From the IMG/VR virus record IMGVR_UViG_3300043399_000877, positions 317,887-381,886 of that record: a DNA stretch of 64,000 nucleotides, one strand, 5' to 3'. Numbering within the stretch: the stretch's first letter is position 1; the number at the start of each line of letters is the position of its first letter. The position numbers and the translations under genes are program-made. Positions 37,502 through 44,570 of this stretch are shown in pieces. The notes below the pieces were generated by a model that saw only the letters and a list, made by a program, of their open reading frames with translations, was not told the origin of the DNA and did not search any database.

Positions 37502-38462
37502 CAGTTACTTCGGTCTTTGTCTTTTTGGTCTTGATCAGGGAGTAGATGACTCCGGCAGCCAAGATAGCAAAGGTTATAGCCAGTGATATCTCCGGTGGAA
37601 ATTTTGCCAAGCCAAGAAGATCGGCTATAAAGATTTTGCTTCCTATAAACACTAGAAGTATAGCCAGTGCTGTTTTTAGGTATTCAAATCTGTGCAGTAC
37701 CGCCGCAAGAGCAAAGTACAAGGCTCGCAATCCGAGTATTGCAAAAATATTGCTGGTATAGACAATGAACGGATCTGTTGTAATAGCAAAAACAGCAGGC
37801 ACACTATCGACTGCAAAAATCAAATCTGCAAGTTCAACAAGAACCAGTGCAAGGAACAGCGGAGTCACAAACCATTTGCCGGCATGTTTTACGAAGAAAC
37901 TGTTGCCGTGTAGTCGTTCGGTTACGTTGAATTTTGCCCTCATGAACTTTAGGGCAGGATTGTTTTCCAAGTCTGTTTCGGACTCTTTTACAAACAACAT
38001 CTTGACGCCGGTAAAGATCAAGAACGCAGCAAAAATGTAAAGTATCCAACCAAACTGGCTAACAAGCGTTGCACCCAGCCCAATCATAATACCACGAAGG
38101 ACGATAACGCCCAAAATACCCCAGAAAAGAACGCGGTGTTGATATTCTTTTGGAATAGAGAAGAAGCTGAAAATAAGAGCTATAACAAAGATGTTATCGA
38201 GCGCCAGTGTTTTCTCTACAACAAAAGCAGTTAGGTATTCAAATGACTGAACTGCACCGATCTGATACCAGACAAAACCGGAAAATGCCAGTCCTATTGC
38301 GATATAAACCGCTGAAAGTCTTAGACTTTCAGCAACACCGATTTCATGAGAATCTCGATGCAAAACACCTAGGTCAAAAACCAGCAGTGCAAGGACGATT
38401 GCCAAAAACAGCAACCACATCCACACCGGAGTGCCTAGAAAGAGAAGTGTTAAAAATTCCAA
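37491..38462 (-). CDS. TerC/Alx-family membrane protein
   Basis: EKTLALDNIFV, QHRVLFWGILG, DLIFAVDSVPA and TSNIFAILGLRALYF motifs. Confidence 0.95.
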   Translation of the reverse strand: MEFLTLLFLGTPVWMWLLFLAIVLALLVFDLGVLHRDSHEIGVAESLRLSAVYIAIGLAFSGFVWYQIGAVQSFEYLTAFVVEKTLALDNIFVIALIFSFFSIPKEYQHRVLFWGILGVIVLRGIMIGLGATLVSQFGWILYIFAAFLIFTGVKMLFVKESETDLENNPALKFMRAKFNVTERLHGNSFFVKHAGKWFVTPLFLALVLVELADLIFAVDSVPAVFAITTDPFIVYTSNIFAILGLRALYFALAAVLHRFEYLKTALAILLVFIGSKIFIADLLGLAKFPPEISLAITFAILAAGVIYSLIKTKKTKTEVTVDD

Positions 38463-38488
38463 TTATTTTCCCCTGTATGAGTCGTTAT

Positions 38489-38704
38489 TTACTGGTCAGT
38501 TCGCCATCTTTTGCGACAATCTGGACAGAAAAAATCTATCCAATAACTGTCAGCACTAGGGTCATAATTACCGGTGTTGCTGTCATATTTTTTAGTCACA
38601 CCGGGATGAGTGCATAATGCCTGCAACTTCGCAAGTTCATGGGCTAAACGTTCTTCTCTGCGATCGATACTAGCCCATTTACGCCTAACCTGCGCTGGCG
38701 TCAT
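38489..38704 (-). CDS. Small Zn-ribbon hypothetical protein
   Basis: CTH...NTGNYDPSADSYW..CPDC. Confidence 0.6.
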   Translation of the reverse strand: MTPAQVRRKWASIDRREERLAHELAKLQALCTHPGVTKKYDSNTGNYDPSADSYWIDFFCPDCRKRWRTDQ

Positions 38705-39129
38705 GATGCAGCCTCCTTTTCAATATATCGTGAACACTTTGCACGATCCGTCATGTTGCGTTCGGCTAGGTCTTCCCAAAATTTTTCATTTGGTTTTACC
38801 ACGCTGTACGCGAGTTGGCCCCCAAAATAGACCAAACACTCTCTGTTGTAGTTGCTGCTGAGAACCACAGTATATGCCGTGCTCACAGCAGCGCCTCCGA
38901 TGCCCCCGTGCCCGAGTGCTGTGCTGCCCCAGGTTTGTGGGAACATTCCGATTACGGAAAAATCACGAGTGGTGTGACGACGTGTTTTCTTAACGGTGGC
39001 GTTCTTATCACCACTTCGGCGGAATTCTTCCCAATCACGAGAGTCGTACTCAATCTCGGAAAATCCCGCGTACTCAGCATGTGCCAAAACTGCGGCAAGT
39101 TCTCCGATTGGATTATCAGTGTAGGTCAT
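38701..39129 (-). CDS. Conserved hypothetical phage protein
   Basis: FPQTWGSTALGHGGIGG motif. Confidence 0.65.
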   Translation of the reverse strand: MTYTDNPIGELAAVLAHAEYAGFSEIEYDSRDWEEFRRSGDKNATVKKTRRHTTRDFSVIGMFPQTWGSTALGHGGIGGAAVSTAYTVVLSSNYNRECLVYFGGQLAYSVVKPNEKFWEDLAERNMTDRAKCSRYIEKEAAS

Positions 39130-39478
39130 CGTAAGGTTCTCCTCGAGTGCGCAACACTCTCCATGTGTATTCTTTTTCTACTCGTTCTGCGTAACGTTTG
39201 CGCATCCCATCCGGATCAGTCATCCAGTATTTCATACCTTCCGGGTGTCCATAGCTGTGCGCTGGCGCATTGAAATTGAGCCAACGAACAATATCCGGAA
39301 GTCGCTGGATGTTAATATGATCAGCACTGGTGATTGCCCCGTAAAGGTTGTTGCACAACACATTTGTCAAAAAACCTCCGGGCGGTAATCCGTAAACCAG
39401 ATAGTTATCTAGAGATTTTCTAGTGTGTTCCGGAATTTCTCGTCCATAGCTGTCACTATCAAAATCAATCATGCACAT
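39116..39478 (-). CDS. Conserved hypothetical phage protein
   Basis: YLVYGLPPGGFLTNVLCNNL..A..AD motif. Confidence 0.6.
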   Translation of the reverse strand: MCMIDFDSDSYGREIPEHTRKSLDNYLVYGLPPGGFLTNVLCNNLYGAITSADHINIQRLPDIVRWLNFNAPAHSYGHPEGMKYWMTDPDGMRKRYAERVEKEYTWRVLRTRGEPYDDLH

Positions 39479-39878
39479 TTGTTGTCCCATTCGGAAAAAA
39501 TACCATGGTTGGCTTGCCGGTTTTCTTCGCATAGTCGTGCGTATACCAAGTGCCGCCGTTGTTCTGCCACGAATTTTGATATGGCACAACTAACAGCACA
39601 TCACACTCATTGACTATCTGTCTATTTCTTGCGAAATAACTGAGTGGTTCTCGAAAATCGTCTGATCGGTGGTGCGCCCTAAGTTCTGTTTTAATCGGTG
39701 GATGACAGACCACCTTAATACCCATTTCCGCAGCCAATATAGCAACCTGTTCATCTACTCCCACACAGTCTCCGTGATGCAATTCTGTGATGCCGTTTCG
39801 ACTGGTTAGATAGTTTCTAACCAGTCGAAACTGTTCATCATTCATTCCGGAACGGGTACCAGTTACGCCAACTTTCAT
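39465..39878 (-). CDS. SLOG/DprA-like nucleotide-binding protein
   Basis: VGVTGTR, LHHGDCVGVD, ARNRQIV and GGTWYT motifs. Confidence 0.7.
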   Translation of the reverse strand: MKVGVTGTRSGMNDEQFRLVRNYLTSRNGITELHHGDCVGVDEQVAILAAEMGIKVVCHPPIKTELRAHHRSDDFREPLSYFARNRQIVNECDVLLVVPYQNSWQNNGGTWYTHDYAKKTGKPTMVFFPNGTTNVHD

Positions 39879-40393
39879 TATCTCTCGTTCCATTGTCCAA
39901 CAATGCTCATAGCATGTTTCATATGCTTGTAAAGCAATCCGTTTTCTGGATCAGTTCGTACTAGGCGTTTTTTGCCCAGCACTTCGTCAAATCGATAAGC
40001 GTTGTCATCAAACAAGATGAAGTCACGCACGTCAGTTCCGTAGTTAGCAAGGTACTCTTGAACCTCGTGTGCGCGGTCATTAAGACCTGCACGTTGCCAG
40101 ATAACGTTATCCGGATCAGTTTTCCACGGGCTTGCAAGTTTTCCACGGAAGCCGCTGTTGCCGAAGGCAGCAGAGACCCAGTGCAGCACCATATTGTCAT
40201 CGTTACGGAGATAATTTTTCCAGGTTGACATAAGAACAAACTCAACCGGGTAACGGTCGTGAAGTTTGTTCATGAAATCAACAGCAACCGGGTCAAAGCG
40301 ATGCCACATTTCATAAGTGGCGTTATGTGCATAATGCACACGGCTGCTGGTAAAGACGCCGTCGATGTCTAAAAAAACTAGATATCTGCTCAT
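39878..40393 (-). CDS. HAD-family phosphatase (RNA-repair associated)
   Basis: FLDIDGV, STW and ILFDD motifs. Confidence 0.8.
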   Translation of the reverse strand: MSRYLVFLDIDGVFTSSRVHYAHNATYEMWHRFDPVAVDFMNKLHDRYPVEFVLMSTWKNYLRNDDNMVLHWVSAAFGNSGFRGKLASPWKTDPDNVIWQRAGLNDRAHEVQEYLANYGTDVRDFILFDDNAYRFDEVLGKKRLVRTDPENGLLYKHMKHAMSIVGQWNER

Positions 40394-40416
40394 AGCACCA
40401 CACCTTTCTTAGAGTT

Positions 40417-40445
40417 AATATAGTGTAGATATATCTGTGTGTCAA
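40417..40445 (-). promoter_or_regulatory. Sigma70-type promoter
   Basis: TTGACA-N17-TATATT. Confidence 0.7.
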
Positions 40446-40459
40446 GTAAGATTACGATC

Positions 40460-41014
40460 TTACCAGACACTCCAGATGTGTTTTTTACCGAGATAGGTGT
40501 CGGGATAGGGAAGATAATCCCAGTCTTGATCTTTGAGGACACGACGTTCAAGCTGACGAACAGCGTTGCGAACAGTCTCTTTGCTGAGAGTTTTGTAAGC
40601 AGTGTTGCAGCCAGTTTCGTTGCCGTATCCGTCTCGAGTACGTTTTGCAAATTCGCGACGAGCCCAGTCACGTTCTGCTTCCCAATCAATGTCACAAGGT
40701 TCGTAACGGAACTTGCTAACATAATAACGATAACGTTCGGGCAATGCACGAACATAGCAACTGTACATAATGCTTTCGGGATTGTTCCAACAAAACCAAT
40801 AGTTTTTGCGGACTACCCGGCAGTCAGCTTCGTAACGTGCTTCTGCTGCTGCAACTTCGTGTTGGTATTCTTCCTGAGTTTTCTTCACTTTTTTACGGTG
40901 ATACATGCCAGGATATCTGGCGGCGCGAAGCGCCAGATCTTTTATATGCTCATCCACGTATTGAGATTCCGATTTGGAATGATCAAACTTGGGTTTACGG
41001 TACGTTCTACTCAT
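40460..41014 (-). CDS. Basic hypothetical protein (MSRTYRK N-terminus)
   Basis: SD TAAGGAG; Arg/Lys/Tyr-rich. Confidence 0.65.
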   Translation of the reverse strand: MSRTYRKPKFDHSKSESQYVDEHIKDLALRAARYPGMYHRKKVKKTQEEYQHEVAAAEARYEADCRVVRKNYWFCWNNPESIMYSCYVRALPERYRYYVSKFRYEPCDIDWEAERDWARREFAKRTRDGYGNETGCNTAYKTLSKETVRNAVRQLERRVLKDQDWDYLPYPDTYLGKKHIWSVW

Positions 41015-41086
41015 TTTGACTCCTTATAAGCTATTAGCTCATAAGTCGTCGTAAAACTTTCTGTATCTCATTTCGTTTCCTTTATT

Positions 41087-41191
41087 TGGTGGAGAGGGAT
41101 GGAATCGAACCATCGACGCGGCAAGTTACCAGCCTGCCCGCTCTACCCAGACCAACTTCAAGATTGGTGATCTTGCTGAGCTACCGTCTCC
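41087..41191 (-). tRNA. Aberrant tRNA-Thr(GGT)-like gene with an expanded D-loop
   Basis: T-arm GATGG-TTCGATT-CCATC, loop CTGGTAA, CCA; ~34-nt D-loop; bulged C in the acceptor stem. Confidence 0.7.
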
Positions 41192-41198
41192 GTTATTT

Positions 41199-41274
41199 TG
41201 GCGCCCCCGGCAGGAGTCGAACCCACAACCTAGGGAGTAGAAATCCCTTGCTCTTCCAGTTGAGCTACGAAGGC
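41199..41274 (-). tRNA. tRNA-Arg(TCT)
   Basis: Loop TTTCTAC; canonical arms; CCA. Confidence 0.92.
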
Positions 41275-41507
41275 ATGTCATTTAGTAATTCATTTAGAAC
41301 TGCGTCAACCAGTTCTTCTACGAACTCATCTTCTTCACTTGCGAGTACAAAATCGTCTGCACTCATAGTACCAACCACCCATGCATCCCAGTGCCGTGTG
41401 CAAAACATTGCATCAGACAAAGATTCTCTAACGCGGTCTCGGAGTCGCCGTTTTAACGGCTCCGACACAGTTGCAATCAGGGCACGTCGGTCAAGTGCAG
41501 TGGTCAC
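41265..41507 (-). CDS. Hypothetical protein
   Basis: CTRHWDAWVVGTMSADDF motif. Confidence 0.6.
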   Translation of the reverse strand: MTTALDRRALIATVSEPLKRRLRDRVRESLSDAMFCTRHWDAWVVGTMSADDFVLASEEDEFVEELVDAVLNELLNDMPS

Positions 41508-41947
41508 AACACGTAAACCACTGGTTCAACGTCAGTCATTTCATCTTCGATGATCTGACTGATAATGTTCCAATTCCCGCCGCCGAGCCCAGCACCGATT
41601 TGCGGCATAGCAACCTGCGTTTCACCACTTTGACGAAGAACGCTGTTGATGGTGCGCATACAATCAGCCACTGCTTCGTAGTTCACAAAACGACTACCGT
41701 CTCGACCATACAAATGCTGAGTAATTGCGTTGATGATTACTTTGCCATTTGAAGGTACAAACTGTACATCACCCAGCTTGAGGCCATGCTCGTCGTACTG
41801 CTCAACATAAAACCGGTATGCGTCAAAGTGGTCGTCACGAACTATACGTGCAACACCTGAACCCATAACGCCCTGGGCATTGCAACCGTGTGCAATGTGC
41901 AGGATGTCGGTCTCGAAAAGATTGCCCTTGCGGTATTGGATTTTCAT
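41504..41947 (-). CDS. Macro domain protein (ADP-ribose processing)
   Basis: GNLF, IAHGCNAQGVMGSGVA and PQIGAGLGGGNW motifs. Confidence 0.92.
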   Translation of the reverse strand: MKIQYRKGNLFETDILHIAHGCNAQGVMGSGVARIVRDDHFDAYRFYVEQYDEHGLKLGDVQFVPSNGKVIINAITQHLYGRDGSRFVNYEAVADCMRTINSVLRQSGETQVAMPQIGAGLGGGNWNIISQIIEDEMTDVEPVVYVL

Positions 41948-41950
41948 CTT

Positions 41951-42064
41951 TTACTTCCGGAAAAGATTGGTAACTTTTGCTTGCAGGTCTTTTGCCCATT
42001 GCGGCTGAGGAAGGTTCCAACCAATACCCAGTCCGATAGCGATTCCAACTGCTAGTGTAAACAT
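41951..42064 (-). CDS. Small membrane peptide (37 aa)
   Basis: Manual translation MFTLAVGIAIGLGIGWNLPQPQWAKDLQAKVTNLFRK; SD AGGAG and promoter upstream. Confidence 0.65.
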   Translation of the reverse strand: MFTLAVGIAIGLGIGWNLPQPQWAKDLQAKVTNLFRK

Positions 42065-42086
42065 CTGTGTCTCCTTTGTTAACTGT

Positions 42087-42115
42087 AATATAGTGCCGGG
42101 TGTTGCTGTTGTCAA
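42087..42115 (-). promoter_or_regulatory. Sigma70-type promoter
   Basis: TTGACA-N17-TATATT. Confidence 0.7.
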
Positions 42116-42127
42116 GCAACAATACGA

Positions 42128-42700
42128 TTAATCGTCTATTGCCAATGGATCTGTGATAACTGGAACCGATCCACGAAACATAAGATTTGATATTCCGAAA
42201 TCTAAATCATATTGCCCGTGTTGTTTTAATTTTTCCAATACTGCCATGATTTCTGGATAAGACCTTGATATATCAGCAACTACTCGTTGATACTGGTCAC
42301 GATCTCTTCCATCATTTGAGAGTATGTAATCGATCATATTGAACACATTACGATTATCTGTGCTGCGCGGATCAAAACTATCAAGCCGTTCCATTCTCAC
42401 TACGCGAAAGTTGTTGGGAAGTTTTATAATATTTCCACGAAGTTTTGGAACATGAGGGTTCCCGCGTAGCTGCATAATGTACTGTAAATACTGATCATAA
42501 CCGGCGTCGTTTTTATAAATTTTAACAACGTAATCGGCGCCCGGTTTAGCCAACACATGGGCATATAATCCGCTCCCCAAAGATTCAAACTCAAATCCAC
42601 GCTGCTGTAGTTGTTTGACGTAATCTTCTACGCCCAAGACCTCTTGGGCAGAAGCATACGCTGGGTTTTTTCTGTATCCGGTTAATTCACGTAATCGCAT
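42128..42700 (-). CDS. Protein-kinase-like fold protein
   Basis: LGSGLYAHV...VVKI, MERL and DLDFGISNLM...ITDP; start MRLREL after TATAAATA. Confidence 0.65.
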   Translation of the reverse strand: MRLRELTGYRKNPAYASAQEVLGVEDYVKQLQQRGFEFESLGSGLYAHVLAKPGADYVVKIYKNDAGYDQYLQYIMQLRGNPHVPKLRGNIIKLPNNFRVVRMERLDSFDPRSTDNRNVFNMIDYILSNDGRDRDQYQRVVADISRSYPEIMAVLEKLKQHGQYDLDFGISNLMFRGSVPVITDPLAIDD

Positions 42701-42714
42701 ACAGTATTTATATT

Positions 42715-42792
42715 TGGTACTCCCGAGAGGATTCGAACCCCTGACCTTCGCGTTCGTAGCGCGACGCTCTAATTCCACTGAGCTACGGGAGT
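42715..42792 (-). tRNA. tRNA-Arg(ACG)
   Basis: Loop CTACGAA; CCA. Confidence 0.93.
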
Positions 42793-42793
42793 A

Positions 42794-43276
42794 TTAATTT
42801 ATCGATCGATTATCGGCAAATTGAATAGTTTTTCCAACATAGTTGGCTTCGGCACCGGTCATCATAGCGCGACCGGAGGATTCCAGATCCCAAACAAAAT
42901 CTGCCATAAATTCTTGAATGTCTCCGGTCACCTTTTTTAGTTTGTTGACCACCGCTGCGTTTATTGGTCTTACAGCTTCCAATTCTTGCTGGACTTCTGG
43001 TGGCAGGTTTCCCGTCACCGGTACCCATTGTGGTGGATTGGCGTTTCCGAGTTCTGAATGTATTTTGCCCATAACACCGGTTTGGGGGTCATACTCGGTA
43101 CCCTTGGTTGACTCATCTTCAACAGCATTTGCAAGCATCATGAATGTTCTTGCAACGTCCGGTGCAGCTTTAATCAACCAAACATCACCGTCTGCAAATT
43201 CATCTATATAACCTATGAGAACAGTATTTGCACTTTCATTAATACTGTCTAATTTATTCAGTAATGATCTAAACAC
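42794..43276 (-). CDS. Hypothetical late protein
   Basis: GTG start after SD AGGAG and a TAAATA box; N-terminus FRSLLNKLDSINES. Confidence 0.6.
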   Translation of the reverse strand: MFRSLLNKLDSINESANTVLIGYIDEFADGDVWLIKAAPDVARTFMMLANAVEDESTKGTEYDPQTGVMGKIHSELGNANPPQWVPVTGNLPPEVQQELEAVRPINAAVVNKLKKVTGDIQEFMADFVWDLESSGRAMMTGAEANYVGKTIQFADNRSIN

Positions 43277-43311
43277 AGCGACTCCTTTTTTATTATTTAT
43301 GTGAAAGTCTC

Positions 43312-43386
43312 TGGTGCAGCCTGGAGGATTTGAACCTCCGACATCTGTCGAGTCAGGACAGCGCTCTACCACTGAGCTAAGGCTGC
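43312..43386 (-). tRNA. tRNA-Val(GAC)
   Basis: Loop CTGACTC (pyrimidine at 37); CCA. Confidence 0.9.
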
Positions 43387-43387
43387 A

Positions 43388-43465
43388 TGGAACTGGCTGG
43401 GGGATTTGAACCCGCCGCTACAAGATCCACAATCTTGTGTGCTAAACCGCTAACACTAAACCAGC
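43388..43465 (-). tRNA. tRNA-His(GTG)
   Basis: Loop TTGTGGA; no G at -1; G1-U72; CCA. Confidence 0.85.
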
Positions 43466-43469
43466 ATTA

Positions 43470-43661
43470 TTAGATTACAATGAACTTGTGATCAGTCAAT
43501 TCTTCTCTAAGAACAAAGTCCTCGTCGAGTTTTACAACTTGCCCTTCTAAAACTCGTTCAATAAGTTTCTTGCTCTCTGCAAGGCTCATTCCAGTGTGCT
43601 GTCTCACAGACAGTATAGCACTATATGAATTTGCGCCTTTTTTAAAACCTATGATTTGCAT
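43470..43661 (-). CDS. Ribosomal protein bL12 C-terminal-like small protein
   Basis: AILSVRQHTGMSLAESKKLIE resembles the L7/L12 CTD (IK.VR..TGLGLKEAK.LVE). Confidence 0.6.
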   Translation of the reverse strand: MQIIGFKKGANSYSAILSVRQHTGMSLAESKKLIERVLEGQVVKLDEDFVLREELTDHKFIVI

Positions 43662-43677
43662 ACCGATACTCCTCTAT

Positions 43678-43748
43678 TGGTGCCCCCTGTAGGAATCGAA
43701 CCTACCGATCCGGGCTTAGGACGCCTGAGCCGGCCCAGCGGAGAGGGC
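43678..43748 (-). tRNA. tRNA-Arg(CCT) with a minimal D-arm
   Basis: 71 nt; D-arm GCTG-GGC-CGGC; loop GTCCTAA; canonical T-arm; CCA. Confidence 0.7.
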
Positions 43749-43754
43749 TAAATT

Positions 43755-43832
43755 TGGCGGATAAGGTTGGACTCGAACCAACAACGCAAGGCCTCAACCT
43801 GGCACCCGCTCTACCTCTTGAGCTACCGATCC
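43755..43832 (-). tRNA. Aberrant tRNA-Asn(GTT)-like gene
   Basis: Canonical D- and T-arms and GCCA end; irregular anticodon arm with loop AGGTTGA. Confidence 0.6.
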
Positions 43833-43843
43833 GCATAATATTT

Positions 43844-43993
43844 TGTCAGCGAACTACAAGCTGGTGGACTCGAACGCACCATCGCCGGCTGTACGCCGGT
43901 GTCCTATCCTTTAGACGAAACTTCAATCTTATCAGCACTTTTCCGCACCCCGGCGTGGGTTGGGAAGTTACTGGCAACAAAGGTTCGCTGACA
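43844..43993 (-). ncRNA. Unknown ~150-nt structured RNA with an internal tRNA-like domain
   Basis: 11-bp terminal inverted repeat TGTCAGCGAAC/GTTCGCTGACA enclosing a hairpin domain, a D-arm, CCGGC-GTACA-GCCGG and a TTCGAGT T-loop. Confidence 0.6.
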
Positions 43994-44016
43994 TGGACGA
44001 TCGCCGCGCCCTAACT

Positions 44017-44093
44017 TGGTTGTCCCTCTCGGAGTCGAACCGAGGACCCCAGTCTTATCAGGACTGTGCTCTAACCACCTGAGCTAAGGGACA
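44017..44093 (-). tRNA. tRNA-Ile(GAT)
   Basis: Loop CTGATAA; CCA. Confidence 0.93.
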
Positions 44094-44101
44094 GAAATTT
44101 T

Positions 44102-44178
44102 TGGTGTGCCGGGTGAGATTTGAACCCACGACCTTGGAGTTAAGAGCTCCCTGCTCTAGACCACTGAGCTACCGGCGC
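44102..44178 (-). tRNA. tRNA-Lys(CTT)
   Basis: Loop CTCTTAA; CCA. Confidence 0.92.
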
Positions 44179-44484
44179 ATTATTTGGAAGATACGCTCGC
44201 TCTCCCAGCCAGGGCACTTTCGCTCCCCAACAAAAGCACAAGCGTATCATCGAAATAATGGTGAACCGGGTAGGATTTGAACCTACGTTGGCATTGCTGC
44301 TACAGATTAAAAGTCTGTCCCCATCGGCCTCTCGGGCACCGGTCCTAATGAATTCTGTGAAGTTTTGCTTTTCACGTTTGCGTTTCGATTTATATGGTTT
44401 ATCGTGTGCGCCCGCAACTCGAAACCGTGCTGCGGCCACAAACGGATTCCTCTGTTTAGGAATCTTCTGACGTTTTCGTTTCAT
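44140..44484 (-). CDS. Basic peptide ORF that runs without a stop codon into tRNA-Lys(TTT)
   Basis: MKRKRQKIPKQRNPFVAAARFRVAGAHDK...; SD AAGGA; only the first ~46 codons lie outside tRNA genes. Confidence 0.55.
   Translation of the reverse strand: MKRKRQKIPKQRNPFVAAARFRVAGAHDKPYKSKRKREKQNFTEFIRTGAREADGDRLLICSSNANVGSNPTRFTIISMIRLCFCWGAKVPWLGERAYLPNNAPVAQWSRAGSS
44259..44345 (-). tRNA. tRNA-Lys(TTT) with a class II (long variable arm) body
   Basis: ACAGA-CTTTTAA-TCTGT arm; variable region AGCAGCAATGCCAAC; CCA. Confidence 0.8.
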
Positions 44485-44570
44485 CTAAAAATCTTTCCTT
44501 GTATTTGCGTATAGCTGCTATCAGTGCCGCTGTGGGCGCGGGTGGTCGGTTACACGCTTCTACGATACGG

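Noticed and set aside
38462-38490. yybP-ykoY (Mn2+) riboswitch upstream of terC
   Set aside because: The intergenic gap is under 30 nt, leaving no room for the aptamer.
41087-41191. Self-splicing intron in the Thr-like tRNA
   Set aside because: The insert is only ~25 nt extra and lies in the D-loop; it is far too small for a group I or II intron and has no clear bulge-helix-bulge.
43844-43993. Identification as Y RNA (YrlA) or tmRNA
   Set aside because: YrlA has a circularly permuted T-acceptor-D order, whereas here the order is D-stem-T. There is no CCA end, tag ORF or Ro60 gene in the window. Left as unknown.
44259-44345. Ochre suppressor tRNA or stop-codon reassignment
   Set aside because: The 7-nt loop CUUUUAA centres on UUU, and conserved genes are intact and end normally under code 11.
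41086-44470. ORF-track entries overlapping tRNAs (41086+, 43754+, 44258+, and the 5' extensions of 42128 and 42794)
   Set aside because: They are translations of tRNA sequence; better starts exist at 42700 and 43276.
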